From a virus (taxonomy: Duplodnaviria; Caudoviricetes), in IMG/VR virus record IMGVR_UViG_3300025913_000019: a stretch of DNA of 64,000 nucleotides; one strand, 5' to 3'. How positions within the stretch are numbered: the first letter of the stretch is position 1; the number at the start of each line of letters is the position of its first letter. The notes under the pieces are model-generated. The model was given only the letters and a program-made list of their open reading frames with translations. It was not told the origin of the DNA and made no database searches. Shown piece by piece: positions 18,891-28,939 of this stretch. The translations under genes were made by a program, and so were the position numbers.

Positions 18891-20549
18891 ATGGATCTCC
18901 AACTCAAGGTCAAGACGATCCGGGACATGGTGAAGGCTCTCGGCGATGATGCCGAGCAGCTGGGCACCGCGTCCTGGCGACAGAAGGGGATGAAGCCGGG
19001 TGAGACCCTGCTCGTCAACACGCGCGATCTCGATCCGGCGCAGCTCCAGCTGCTGAAGGAGATCATGAAGGCGAACGACGAACCGGCCAACCGCCAGTTC
19101 AGCCGGCTCGTCAACGTCATGAACGATCCGAGCGCCAAGTCGGTTCCCGGCCTGGACAAGTTCGTCCCGCTCTTCAAGCTCTGGCTGAGCAAGCACGGCA
19201 ATCCGTGGCTTTACAGCGCGAATCCGAAGCTGGCCGGCATCGCTTACTGCGTGGTCGAAGCCACCTACCATCCGCCTGAGTACCGTCGCCGTGACGAGGC
19301 CTACGTCACCATCGAGCTCGGGTACAACACGAAGATGGAGTACCGGACGTGGTCGATCACGATCTACAAGGGCGACGTGAACGAGCCGATGGACAAGATC
19401 CTGGAGAAGAAGGGTCTGGTCCTGCCTGATGAAGACCTGGAGGAGCGCTACAAGCGGCTGTACGCGCGCTACCAGGAGTTCGGCGGCATGCATGGCGAGC
19501 AGTTTTGGGTCAGAGGCGAGGCCGCCGTCCGCCCCACCAAGCGCAACCGCGACTACTACTGGTGGGGCGAGAGCAAGATCAGCCTCATGGGCAAGGGTCG
19601 TCCCACGAAGGCGGTGCTGGATCTCGGGCTCGACAACGACCGCATGGATGCCACGCGCTTCTTCCAGCACTCCGAGGTCTACGGGTCCCGCGTCAAGGTT
19701 CCGACCCATCCGGTGCTGCCGTGCTTCAGCCTCGCGCATCACAGCACGGTGTGGGTCAACGTCGCGGACATGAGCCCGTACAAGTACGAGGAAGGCCTGG
19801 GCGAGCGACTCGTGCTGCCCAACTCGCACCGCAAGCTCATCGGCGCCCTGGTCAAGAACCTCGAAGTCCTGAAGATGGAGGCCGAGGTCGAAGGCAAGTC
19901 GCGGACGATCCGGGCTAAAGCCAGCTCGAACATCATCCTGGCGATGGGCAAGGCCGGCACGGGCAAGACCCTGACGGCCGAGGTCTACGCGGAAGAGATC
20001 CAGCGCCCGCTCTACGAGGTGAACTCGGGGCAGCTGGGTTCTACACCGGATGCGATCGAGACGAACCTGTCCGACGTGCTGGAGCGTTCCGTCCGGTTGA
20101 AGATGCCGCTCCTCATCAACGAGGCCGATGTCTTCATCATGACCCGTGGCACCGACATGCTGCAGAACGCCATCGTCACGGTGTTCCTGCGTCTGCTCGA
20201 GTACCACACTGGCCTCGTCTTCATGACGACGAACCGGCCGAAGGACGTGGACGAGGCGATCAAGTCGCGCTGCATCGCCGAGATCACGTACAACGTGCCG
20301 AAGGCTCCGGAGCGCAAGCGCCTGTGGCAAGGCCTGCTCGCCGAGTTCAACGTCGACCTGGACAAGGACGAGCTGAAGCGTGCGGTCGAGGTGTTCCCCA
20401 CCGTGACTGGTCGCGACATCCAGAACCTGATCCGCCTCACGAGCCGCTACTGCACGGCCGTCGAGGAACCGTTCAACCTGCAGGCGCTGATCGACTGCTC
20501 GATCTTCAAGAGCATCGATCTCGCAGAAGGGACCAAGGTCACCGAATGA
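18891..20549 (+). CDS. AAA+ ATPase
   Basis: Walker A GKAGTGKT, Walker B LLINEAD, sensor MTTNRP, DEAIKSR. Confidence 0.85.
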   Translation: MDLQLKVKTIRDMVKALGDDAEQLGTASWRQKGMKPGETLLVNTRDLDPAQLQLLKEIMKANDEPANRQFSRLVNVMNDPSAKSVPGLDKFVPLFKLWLSKHGNPWLYSANPKLAGIAYCVVEATYHPPEYRRRDEAYVTIELGYNTKMEYRTWSITIYKGDVNEPMDKILEKKGLVLPDEDLEERYKRLYARYQEFGGMHGEQFWVRGEAAVRPTKRNRDYYWWGESKISLMGKGRPTKAVLDLGLDNDRMDATRFFQHSEVYGSRVKVPTHPVLPCFSLAHHSTVWVNVADMSPYKYEEGLGERLVLPNSHRKLIGALVKNLEVLKMEAEVEGKSRTIRAKASSNIILAMGKAGTGKTLTAEVYAEEIQRPLYEVNSGQLGSTPDAIETNLSDVLERSVRLKMPLLINEADVFIMTRGTDMLQNAIVTVFLRLLEYHTGLVFMTTNRPKDVDEAIKSRCIAEITYNVPKAPERKRLWQGLLAEFNVDLDKDELKRAVEVFPTVTGRDIQNLIRLTSRYCTAVEEPFNLQALIDCSIFKSIDLAEGTKVTE

Positions 20550-20713
20550 ACAAACTCATCTCTGCGGCCGTCGTCGGCATCGTGTCCGGCCTCGGCTATC
20601 TGGCGATCGGTCCCCGCACTGCGGTGGCCATCATCGTCATCTACGTCGTCCTGGTCGGCCTCGCGCGACTGGTGGCCGACGTGATGGCGCGCAAGAGCCA
20701 CGGCGGCATGTGA
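20546..20713 (+). CDS. Small two-TM protein
   Basis: Hydrophobic; ATGA overlap. Confidence 0.6.
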   Translation: MNKLISAAVVGIVSGLGYLAIGPRTAVAIIVIYVVLVGLARLVADVMARKSHGGM

Positions 20714-20735
20714 GAACGCGATGCTGCTGTGGCTG

Positions 20736-20955
20736 TGCTGGATCGCAGCACTGGTTTTCCTCCGGTTCGCACGTCCAGTCCACGTCGAACCGGTGGCAAA
20801 ACCGGATGCTGTAAATAGGCCCGACGGTGCTTGGACCTAGGTGCTCGAGCTGACCGTCGGCTGACTGGAGCCGTGCGAACTCGCCAACAAGAACGCACCA
20901 CGGTCTTCACCATACAACGAGAGGCACGCCTTGATACCCCGGGCGTGCCTCTTCG
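20736..20955 (+). ncRNA. Candidate structured RNA/leader (4-5 hairpins)
   Basis: Intergenic; stems at 20751-20805, 20821-20860, 20871-20903, 20919-20955. Confidence 0.4.
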
Positions 20956-20974
20956 ACCATTCGGGGGTCAATCG

Positions 20975-21496
20975 ATGAACATCTTCGCGTCCTTTCCTTG
21001 TCCGGAACGCAGCGCCAGGTACCTCGACGACACTCGCATCATCAAGATGGTGCTCGAGTCGTGCCAGTTGATGGCTACCGCGGCGTCGATGCACGGGCGA
21101 TGGGTTGAGGGCTTCCCGTATCCGAGCCACGTCCACCACCCGCTGACGAAATGGGTGGCGGCAGGACGAGAAAATTTCGACTGGCTGTGGGCACACGCCT
21201 GGGCCATGGACTATGAGCGCCGCTGTCGCTACGACAACGACAGGGTGCACAAGACGCTTGACGCGTGCTGGCATGCGAACATGCACAAGGTGCGGTCTGC
21301 ATTGCCGTATGGGCAGACCCCGTTCCACAACAGCGCGCGCAACATGGAGCTCGGCATCGACTTCACGCACATCAAGGACGTGCACAAGGCGTACCGTCTC
21401 TACCTCAAGGCTCGCTGGGAGACGCAGAAGCGCCCCGCGGCCTGCAACATCGCTGGCGTCATGGCACGCGGCGCACACTGGAGAGATCACGAATGA
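20975..21496 (+). CDS. denV: Pyrimidine-dimer DNA glycosylase (endonuclease V family)
   Basis: MNIFASFPCPERSARYLDDTRIIKMVLESCQLM..HVHHPLTKWV..NFDWL. Confidence 0.8.
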   Translation: MNIFASFPCPERSARYLDDTRIIKMVLESCQLMATAASMHGRWVEGFPYPSHVHHPLTKWVAAGRENFDWLWAHAWAMDYERRCRYDNDRVHKTLDACWHANMHKVRSALPYGQTPFHNSARNMELGIDFTHIKDVHKAYRLYLKARWETQKRPAACNIAGVMARGAHWRDHE

Positions 21497-21750
21497 AACC
21501 CTTCGTCGTTGTCACCGCCACTCATTTCGTGACGGCCCTTGGGCACCACCGATACTTCAGGACTCACGCGCATTTCGTCACCGCGAGGACGCAGACGGCC
21601 GCAGTACGGACGGTGGAGAATGAGTTGAAGCTCAAGGGCAAAGAACGCAAGGGTGGATGGGGTCACGCTGTGATTCGCAGCAGCGGATTTCCGGCACAAG
21701 GCGATCGGCTGATCGCGGACTGCTTCCGTCGCAATGGAGTACGAGCATGA
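21493..21750 (+). CDS. Hypothetical protein
   Basis: ATGA overlap. Confidence 0.55.
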   Translation: MKPFVVVTATHFVTALGHHRYFRTHAHFVTARTQTAAVRTVENELKLKGKERKGGWGHAVIRSSGFPAQGDRLIADCFRRNGVRA

Positions 21751-21920
21751 TTGACGAGCAGTATCTGAAGCCGGACTGGGATGGCGGTAACCGCTGCTAC
21801 AACTGGCGCCGCTACATCAGTGATGAGGTCGCTGACATGTGGGATACGTTCACGTCTGAGCAGAAGTCGGCTCTCGGGCGTCAAGCACAGGAAGCAGCCG
21901 ACCGAGAGGAATGGGAATGA
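21747..21920 (+). CDS. Small Trp-rich hypothetical protein
   Basis: ATGA overlap; PDWDGG..NWRRY. Confidence 0.6.
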   Translation: MIDEQYLKPDWDGGNRCYNWRRYISDEVADMWDTFTSEQKSALGRQAQEAADREEWE

Positions 21921-22573
21921 GTGACAAGCATCTGAGGATCGTGGACGAGATGACGGGCATCGAGTACGATCCGCTCAAGCCATCGGTCGGAGTCGACACG
22001 GAGACGAAGCGAGACCGGGAAGCGTCCTTCGATCCCGATTGGCTCTTGAAGACGCTCAAGACCTGGGAGGACAACCCGACTGCGTTCTACATGGCGTCGA
22101 TGTCGAAGCCGCGGCTCGTCAACAACATCATGCAGACGGCCCTGGAGCGCGGCTTCAAGGCGCCGTTGCCGGATGCGAAGCGCGAGCTCAAGCTGTATCC
22201 GCATCAGCAGCGCATGATCGACAAGCTCAAGGCCATGCCGGACTTGTGGCTCTATCCACACGATCCTGCATACGGCTTGCAGATGATGATGGTGGGTGCC
22301 CGGCCGGGTAGAAGCACCATGGTCGAGAGTCTGTGGCGGCAGGTGATGAGCGAGCGCATGAAGCTCTCGGTCTTCGACACTCCGATCCTGCCGACTGGCA
22401 AGAATCAGATCATCATCGACAGCCTGGGTGCGCTGAAGGCCAGCAAGACATTCCTGTCGCCGACCGATCAGCACTGTCACCAGCTGCAGTACGACTGCGA
22501 TCCTCTCATCATCCCGGGCAGGCTCAATCCCATCGTGTCCGGCCTTATCATCTACTACGGAGCACAGCAATGA
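21917..22573 (+). CDS. Hypothetical protein
   Basis: LYPHQQ and GARPGRST resemble degenerate helicase motifs. Confidence 0.65.
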   Translation: MSDKHLRIVDEMTGIEYDPLKPSVGVDTETKRDREASFDPDWLLKTLKTWEDNPTAFYMASMSKPRLVNNIMQTALERGFKAPLPDAKRELKLYPHQQRMIDKLKAMPDLWLYPHDPAYGLQMMMVGARPGRSTMVESLWRQVMSERMKLSVFDTPILPTGKNQIIIDSLGALKASKTFLSPTDQHCHQLQYDCDPLIIPGRLNPIVSGLIIYYGAQQ

Positions 22574-22767
22574 CCGTCTACGTGGGCCCCGGCCCCGACA
22601 ACAGCGTTTCGATCTCCCCGGTCTCGCAGGACGATCCGGGCTACGAGTCGAGTCACGTGATCGTGCTCGATGCCTTCGATCCGAAGCGCACGACTCAGGG
22701 CGCGCTGACCGCCACTCTCATCAACCTGCTCCGCCTCGGCGGCGCTGACGTAGTTCACGAGGCCTGA
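22570..22767 (+). CDS. Small hypothetical protein
   Basis: ATGA overlap. Confidence 0.55.
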   Translation: MTVYVGPGPDNSVSISPVSQDDPGYESSHVIVLDAFDPKRTTQGALTATLINLLRLGGADVVHEA

Positions 22768-22768
22768 C

Positions 22769-24193
22769 ATGGAAGCTCTCAAAGACAAGATCAACGCGAT
22801 GTGCGTGCAACTGATGCCGCTGCACAACGCACGTGGCATGACCAGCAGCATCATGTCGGCCTCGTGCTCGATCCCCGCCCTCAACTACGTGGCCATGGCC
22901 CTGCAGCAAATCACCGACGTTCTCGTCACGCAGGTGACGAGCCCTGTGGTCACAGCGCAGCTGGGCCTGCGCGCCAATCGCGGTCCCCGAGCACAGACGA
23001 TGCTGGATGGTATCCAGCTGGAGCTCGAGCGCAAGTCGATCGAGGCCTTGATCGGCGAGAAGTATCCGCCGCGTGACCAGGTCACGGTCGACTATCGGAA
23101 AGACCTTCTCCGAGGTCTGGTTTCGAGCTCGGAGCCCGCCAACGACGTGCTCGACGTCTGGCCTACCGATCAGGTCCTGCTGAACCTGCTGGGCAATTGG
23201 TCGAACCTGAAGCCCAGCAAGTACACGCGGTCGTGGCTCCACAACTACCAGGAGGATCGCAACGATGAGACGCGTCCTCACGGCTGGTTCGGGACCGCCA
23301 TTGTCAGGATGGAACCGGAGCCGCACTCGAACGGCCTTCAGGACCCGTTCGTCCTCAAGGTCAGGATCGAGTACGACTCTGGCTCCTGGGTCTCGTCCAG
23401 GCTCGTCTTCCGCTATCACCCGAGCAACAGACAGCCGCTCCATGTCGAGTGGGACAACACGCACGACGAGAACTGGAGCATGCTGCGCTCGACGCGCAAC
23501 CAGATCGGCAGCACCAGCTTCGTGACAATCGAAGGCTCGGGCTCGGTCTTCGATTCGTCGACCACGGTGTACAACGCCTACGAGAACCTGCTGTATCCGG
23601 GCGACACGAACTACATGCCGTACTCGCTGATCGACCCGAGCCTGGTGGCCTTCTTCAAGACCAACGGTTACGATCCGCTGAGCCAGGCTGCCGATCCTCT
23701 CATCGAGGTGCGGCACGCGTACTCCGAGTTCCTGCGCGTCGAGGCCGCACAGGGCGGATGGCCGTTGACGCGTCGTGAGCGTATGCGTAGCAAGGAGCGC
23801 AGTGAGCTCGACGACAGGAAGATCGATCTTCCGACGATTCTTCAGGCCTTCGAACACCTGAAGTCCGACTACCGGGCCGATGTCTTCCTCCACCGAGCCT
23901 ACTACGATGCCGAAGGCAAGGAAGGTGAAGGATCGGTCGGCAGCTTCTACACGCTGCGGTACGACACGCTGCGGCAGCTGGCTGACTCGGACTACACCAT
24001 CGGCATCAGCGTCGACCGCAAGCGAGGCGAGGCCAAGGTCCATATCTGGTCGCATCGCAAGAGCAGTTGGGTCGGTGCGACACCGAGGACGCTGCGCACG
24101 ATCTTCAACCTGTGGGTCCAGGCGCGTGCGGCCCACATCGTGCAGCAGACCGAGCGGGTGGCTGCCGAGGAACGCGGCGACGAGGATTACTGA
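22769..24193 (+). CDS. Hypothetical protein (474 aa)
   Basis: Long co-oriented ORF; no family recognised. Confidence 0.75.
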   Translation: MEALKDKINAMCVQLMPLHNARGMTSSIMSASCSIPALNYVAMALQQITDVLVTQVTSPVVTAQLGLRANRGPRAQTMLDGIQLELERKSIEALIGEKYPPRDQVTVDYRKDLLRGLVSSSEPANDVLDVWPTDQVLLNLLGNWSNLKPSKYTRSWLHNYQEDRNDETRPHGWFGTAIVRMEPEPHSNGLQDPFVLKVRIEYDSGSWVSSRLVFRYHPSNRQPLHVEWDNTHDENWSMLRSTRNQIGSTSFVTIEGSGSVFDSSTTVYNAYENLLYPGDTNYMPYSLIDPSLVAFFKTNGYDPLSQAADPLIEVRHAYSEFLRVEAAQGGWPLTRRERMRSKERSELDDRKIDLPTILQAFEHLKSDYRADVFLHRAYYDAEGKEGEGSVGSFYTLRYDTLRQLADSDYTIGISVDRKRGEAKVHIWSHRKSSWVGATPRTLRTIFNLWVQARAAHIVQQTERVAAEERGDEDY

Positions 24194-24194
24194 C

Positions 24195-24653
24195 GTGAGC
24201 CGCAACAACATCAAGGTCCTGGACCCGGGTCATGTCTACCAGCTGCCGGACATCGATCACGATCACCTGTTGCCGCGGCCCGAGGCACACAACCAGTACC
24301 TCGTGTTCATCAAGCGCTCGGGCGGTGCCATCCAATACGAGGATGAGCACCATGGGACGAACGTCCAGTCCGTCGTGCGCGTCCTCATCGACCGCACGAA
24401 GTACCTGGACTCAATCATCCCTGCAGTCGAGAACGCGGATGTCCTGTACCACCTGCGCATGGTCCTGCTCTCCTACGAGGGCCGTGCGTGGCGGCGCAAG
24501 CTCGACAAGGTGAACCGTGGCGCCGATGAGCATCACTCGTTCCGCGAGCGAGACAAGGACCTGCCCTTCGACGAGCTTGGGCTCAAGTCAGACCCCGACC
24601 GTGACGGCATCGAGAACTGCGCACTCGGTGACGACGGTCACATCCTCATCTGA
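24195..24653 (+). CDS. Hypothetical phage protein
   Basis: GHVYQL..LVFIKR..GTNVQSVVRVLIDRTKYL. Confidence 0.7.
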   Translation: MSRNNIKVLDPGHVYQLPDIDHDHLLPRPEAHNQYLVFIKRSGGAIQYEDEHHGTNVQSVVRVLIDRTKYLDSIIPAVENADVLYHLRMVLLSYEGRAWRRKLDKVNRGADEHHSFRERDKDLPFDELGLKSDPDRDGIENCALGDDGHILI

Positions 24654-24666
24654 AAGGAAACACCGT

Positions 24667-24927
24667 ATGGAAGTCAAGATCACAGTGTCCGGCACTCAGG
24701 GTGCAGGCAAGTCCGCGATCGCCCAGTCGATCTCCAACCTGCTCACCTCGCATGGGTTCATCACGAAGATGGAGGGACAGGTCGTGGTGCGCGATCCGGA
24801 GCGCCTCGCAGTCTGCATGAGAAGCCTGGCCGACCTCACGATGGTGACCATCGTGGAGCAAGGCGGCCTGAGCGTCTTCGCGCCGAAGGGCGGCCCCGTC
24901 ACCGGCATCAAGGGGATCGATGTATGA
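24667..24927 (+). CDS. Tiny P-loop protein (86 aa)
   Basis: ITVSGTQGAGKS Walker A; SD AAAGGA. Confidence 0.6.
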   Translation: MEVKITVSGTQGAGKSAIAQSISNLLTSHGFITKMEGQVVVRDPERLAVCMRSLADLTMVTIVEQGGLSVFAPKGGPVTGIKGIDV

Positions 24928-25421
24928 AGAGGCACGAGCACGCCTTGGAGGCGCGCCCGATGGGGAAGAACGAGATCGATCATTGGTACGCGCTCGGGCG
25001 CTGGCCGTGCGGTCATCACGAGTCGAGCCGCTTCCTCTACGGCCCGAGCGGGGAGCAGACGCGGCAGGTGCTGTGTCCTACCTGTGGCCTTCACCTCCGA
25101 GTCCTGGTCGAAGAGCATCCGCGTCTCCCATACGGCGAGGTCCTGTTCGAGCCGGATAACTATCGGCAGCCGAAGATCGTCTGGCGCGAGACGCACCTGT
25201 GGCGTACCTTCATCGGCCGGCGCAAGCTGCCCGGCGGCAAGGGTTCGATCACGCGCATGGCATCGTGGCTCACGGTGCTCTACTGCGTCTACTGCTTGGG
25301 CTTCGCAGCGTTGCTCATCTGGAAGAACGAGTGGAAGTACGGACTCTTCGGCATCCTCGGGCTGCTGCCGCTGCTCCTCGTCTCGACGATGGTGCGGCTC
25401 CTTCTGAAACGGAGATCATGA
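24924..25421 (+). CDS. Membrane protein with N-terminal Zn-binding-like motif
   Basis: CGHH..CPTC; two C-terminal TMs. Confidence 0.65.
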   Translation: MKRHEHALEARPMGKNEIDHWYALGRWPCGHHESSRFLYGPSGEQTRQVLCPTCGLHLRVLVEEHPRLPYGEVLFEPDNYRQPKIVWRETHLWRTFIGRRKLPGGKGSITRMASWLTVLYCVYCLGFAALLIWKNEWKYGLFGILGLLPLLLVSTMVRLLLKRRS

Positions 25422-25912
25422 TGGGCTATGCCAAGACTGTTTTCGGTGCCAGACCGATCTTCGAGATCTACTCGATGGGCGGCAACTACGGAGCGTCGGC
25501 TTTCCGCCGTCGCATCGTTCATGCACACGTCGGCAGCGCCGAAGAGGCTGAGGCCTACATCAACAGGCCCGAGCACCGGCAGCGTTCCATGAAGGCGCTG
25601 CGTCGCTGGGCTTTCCGCGTCGTCGGCGAGTGGTACCTCCTGGCTTCGGTAGCACCGATCCACATCCTCAACGAGGCCAGGTCAAATCGCTACGCGGAGA
25701 TCGATGCCGCGATTCAGAATGAGTGCGCACCGGCTCTGGCTCACATCGTCGAAGGCCAAGCCGAAGTGATCCGACAGCAAGGCGAGCTGCTGGATCGTTG
25801 TCTCCAAGTCCTGCAAGACCCTGCCAACCTTCTCGAGCGCCGCAAGCTCATCAACGCAATCCGACACAACCTCACGGAGATTCCCGATGGACACGAAGAT
25901 GCCGTTCGCTGA
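25418..25912 (+). CDS. Hypothetical protein
   Basis: ATGA overlap. Confidence 0.65.
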   Translation: MMGYAKTVFGARPIFEIYSMGGNYGASAFRRRIVHAHVGSAEEAEAYINRPEHRQRSMKALRRWAFRVVGEWYLLASVAPIHILNEARSNRYAEIDAAIQNECAPALAHIVEGQAEVIRQQGELLDRCLQVLQDPANLLERRKLINAIRHNLTEIPDGHEDAVR

Positions 25913-26420
25913 CGAATACCTGCGCGTGCCGCTCAACAGCGGCGCCATGCTCCGGGTGCTGCAAGCCCTGTGCGGCCCCGATCACCTGGTCCGAGAACTG
26001 CAGGTGCTGGCCAACAGTCAGTTCCTGCCTGCGGGACAAGACAACCCGCTGCGACTCGTCATCGACGAGTTCAACTCCTTCGCCCAGGATCACAAGGGCG
26101 CCCATTACGGATGGGTCGTGCTGCCGGCCATCATGGGGCTGAATGCAGTCTTCAACGACGGTTTCCGCTTCTTCGGTCACGGTGATCGCCGTCGTCCTAT
26201 GGTCTACGGTCGTCGCCATGTCGCAGTCAAGGCAACACAGGACGACTGCAACCGGTATGCGCCGGGCATGATCCGTTCGCCGATCGTCCGTGTCCGCCTC
26301 GATGGACTCAAGTATCGGGAGGAAGGTGATCTCGTCCGGTTCGATGAAGACCTCGAAGGGCTCGAAGCCTGGCGCTTCGATGGCTCGGACATCGAGATCA
26401 TTCAGCGCAGGGCCGACTGA
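25887..26420 (+). CDS. Hypothetical protein
   Basis: SD GGAG. Confidence 0.65.
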   Translation: MDTKMPFADEYLRVPLNSGAMLRVLQALCGPDHLVRELQVLANSQFLPAGQDNPLRLVIDEFNSFAQDHKGAHYGWVVLPAIMGLNAVFNDGFRFFGHGDRRRPMVYGRRHVAVKATQDDCNRYAPGMIRSPIVRVRLDGLKYREEGDLVRFDEDLEGLEAWRFDGSDIEIIQRRAD

Positions 26421-26644
26421 TGCGGGCCCTCATCGTCCTGCTGGCGCTGGCTGGTTGTGAGCGACACGCAGAACCGACGCCGGTCCCGGTCGTGGCGGCC
26501 GTCGCATCGGCTCCGGCTTCTGCTCCTGCTTCTGCTCCTGCGTCGGCACCGCCTCCGGTCTGGCACTACCATCCGACGCCCAAGCAACAACACGCGTGTC
26601 TGTACGCCGACTTCGACTACAGACGTGATCGCTACTGTCATTGA
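26420..26644 (+). CDS. Small lipoprotein
   Basis: Lipobox LAGC; APAS repeats. Confidence 0.65.
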   Translation: MRALIVLLALAGCERHAEPTPVPVVAAVASAPASAPASAPASAPPPVWHYHPTPKQQHACLYADFDYRRDRYCH

Positions 26645-26654
26645 AGGAGTTCAC

Positions 26655-27572
26655 ATGAGCAACGAAATCAAGTACGCACCCGCTGACGATCCGAACGTGC
26701 AGCTGATTGCCGACACCCTGGTCGATGCGCTGGGGCTCAAGGTCCTGCCGCACGTCGCACTCGTGGAGATCGCACAGCGCGTCGTCGCCAAGATGAAGAT
26801 CGAGGCGGGCGAACCCGAACCCTTCTTCGTCGGCAACACGTACCGGACGCAGGACGGCCAGCTCGTCAAGTTCGTAGGCGTCGCCAACGAAGGCAACAGC
26901 TACGAGACGATGGTCGACGAGAACGGGCATCATCGCTACACGCGGCGCGGTGCCGACAGTGGCCGGCTCACGGGCACGAACGGCGAGTTCGGCGAAGGCG
27001 GCAACGTGCGACCGCTGTACGCACGACCGCCTGCCTACGCCATCCCGCCCATGACGCTCATGGTGCCCGAGGGCTACAAGATCCTCAAGACCACGACATT
27101 CGAGGAGCGCAAGTGGCCGGGTGGCGACTACTACGGCAAGTGCTGTGACTGCGGCCGCGAGTTCATGGGCCCGAAGCGTCAGCACATCTGCAACGTCTGC
27201 GTCAACGAGGTCGAAGCCCCGCTGATTCCGACCGCGATCCACGGCCTGGGCAACGGCGCGTTCAAGATCGGACACTTCAACGTCTTCACCGACGTGAAGA
27301 ACGATCCCGAGTACAAGGGCGAGGCCGTGGTCTCCTACGGCGAGCGTCTGGTCTACAAGGAGCCGAAGGCGCCCGAGGCAATGACCAACATGGAGCTCAG
27401 CGGCGCCATCATCAAGATGCAGCGGCTGCTCGAACATCGCCTGGCAGTCATCAACGGCGAAGAGAAGCCCGACGCAGCACAGAACGCGGGCTTGAAGATG
27501 TGGAAGGCCGCAGGTGGTCACACCGATCTCAGCTCGGCGCCGCTGTCGGAGTCGGACGGCATGCCGACCTGA
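26655..27572 (+). CDS. Modular hypothetical protein with Zn finger
   Basis: CCDCGREF..HICNVC; SD AAGGAG. Confidence 0.7.
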   Translation: MSNEIKYAPADDPNVQLIADTLVDALGLKVLPHVALVEIAQRVVAKMKIEAGEPEPFFVGNTYRTQDGQLVKFVGVANEGNSYETMVDENGHHRYTRRGADSGRLTGTNGEFGEGGNVRPLYARPPAYAIPPMTLMVPEGYKILKTTTFEERKWPGGDYYGKCCDCGREFMGPKRQHICNVCVNEVEAPLIPTAIHGLGNGAFKIGHFNVFTDVKNDPEYKGEAVVSYGERLVYKEPKAPEAMTNMELSGAIIKMQRLLEHRLAVINGEEKPDAAQNAGLKMWKAAGGHTDLSSAPLSESDGMPT

Positions 27573-27580
27573 CTGTAAAG
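27572..27580 (+). promoter_or_regulatory. Candidate phage promoter motif ACTGTAAAG
   Basis: Intergenic, 26 nt before Nudix gene. Confidence 0.6.
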
Positions 27581-27605
27581 ATGGACGTAACCGTTAGGAG
27601 CACAC

Positions 27606-28124
27606 ATGGACCACAACGACATCCCGAACCGATTCTCGATCGGTTTCCCCATCGACCTCGAGCGCATGGAGGTGGCGCTCGTGCGCAAGAAGCGCGGGCC
27701 GGTCTTCAACGTCGGTCGACTCAATGGCTGCGGCGGCCACATCAAGATCGGTGAGTCCGCGGTCGGTGCCATGCGGCGCGAGGCCAACGAAGAGCTGGGC
27801 CTGTGGCTGCCGGCGTCCGGTCAGTGGCAGCAGTTCCATTACGAGCGCCGCATCGGCAACGACAACTGCCTGTCCTTCTTCGTCGCCAACGTGCCGGATG
27901 TTCGGAACAAAGCGAAGAAGATGACCGACGAGGACGTCGAGATCATCATGATCGAGGGCCTGTTGAGCCGCATGGCCGGTCAGACGTACATGGGTGGCGA
28001 CGGCAAGAATTCCATCCGTTCCCTCGGCAAGGAGCACTCCGACTTCGTCTACAACCTCGGCTATCTGATCCCGATGGCCGTCTGCTGGCTGCTCAATCCC
28101 GAGCACGCCTACACGGGAGCGTGA
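27606..28124 (+). CDS. Nudix hydrolase
   Basis: Nudix box GHIKIGESAVGAMRREANEELG. Confidence 0.85.
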   Translation: MDHNDIPNRFSIGFPIDLERMEVALVRKKRGPVFNVGRLNGCGGHIKIGESAVGAMRREANEELGLWLPASGQWQQFHYERRIGNDNCLSFFVANVPDVRNKAKKMTDEDVEIIMIEGLLSRMAGQTYMGGDGKNSIRSLGKEHSDFVYNLGYLIPMAVCWLLNPEHAYTGA

Positions 28125-28540
28125 TGATGCTGACGCAAGAGCAACTCGCGCGTTTCACGGCCGAACCCTGCGACTTCGAGGTCAGCGCCTGGGTCTTCAC
28201 CGGCTGGGGCAACAACGGGGAGGAGCGCTGCTTCCCGCCCAAGCCGGGCATCTACGAGATCGAGGAATCGAACCCGTACCTTGGCTCCGGCGAGGATCAC
28301 TGCCCTGCGACGACCTTCTTCGAGTGGCGGGGCCAAGGTCGGCACCAGATGCACCTCTACTCCGTCGACCCGCGCATCCCGAGCACGCAGCACATGGGCG
28401 CCTTCACCTGGCGCGGCATGCTCGTCAACGGCGTGGTCGAGCCCTTCATCGACATGACGCCGCTGAGCCTGGGGCCCAACTCGAGCGTCACCCTCGACGA
28501 CGATGAAGATTCCGACGAGGAACTCGACTCCAACATCTAG
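28124..28540 (+). CDS. Hypothetical protein
   Basis: TGATG overlap. Confidence 0.65.
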   Translation: MMLTQEQLARFTAEPCDFEVSAWVFTGWGNNGEERCFPPKPGIYEIEESNPYLGSGEDHCPATTFFEWRGQGRHQMHLYSVDPRIPSTQHMGAFTWRGMLVNGVVEPFIDMTPLSLGPNSSVTLDDDEDSDEELDSNI

Positions 28541-28549
28541 GAGAACACG

Positions 28550-28939
28550 ATGACGAGACGCTATTGCACAGCCGCAGGCTGCACCGTCCCTTGCGCAGAG
28601 CTGCGTGCCTCAGGTGGTGACGTGTGCCCGCTTGATGTGGAACGCAGCAAGCCGCCCAAGCTCGTGATCGAGCCTGGGTCCGGTCTGAGCCCCGCACTGA
28701 CGAAGCTGCAATCGGAGGGTCGGGCACTGAAGCCGAAGGTCGTGCCGGAGATCGTGCAGTACGACGTGAACCCGAGTGTCGGATTCTCGCAATCGTCCGC
28801 GCATTGGGTGGAGTCGAAGGACAAGAAGCTCAAGACCGATCTCCGGTTCAACGATCCGACCCTGCCGGCTGTCCTCGGCAACAACAACCTGACCCAGGGT
28901 CGCTTCGAGTCCCTGGGTGAGCAGCAAGGAATGCGATGA
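28550..28939 (+). CDS. Hypothetical protein, N-terminal Cys cluster
   Basis: C..C..C..C; SD AGGAG. Confidence 0.65.
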   Translation: MTRRYCTAAGCTVPCAELRASGGDVCPLDVERSKPPKLVIEPGSGLSPALTKLQSEGRALKPKVVPEIVQYDVNPSVGFSQSSAHWVESKDKKLKTDLRFNDPTLPAVLGNNNLTQGRFESLGEQQGMR

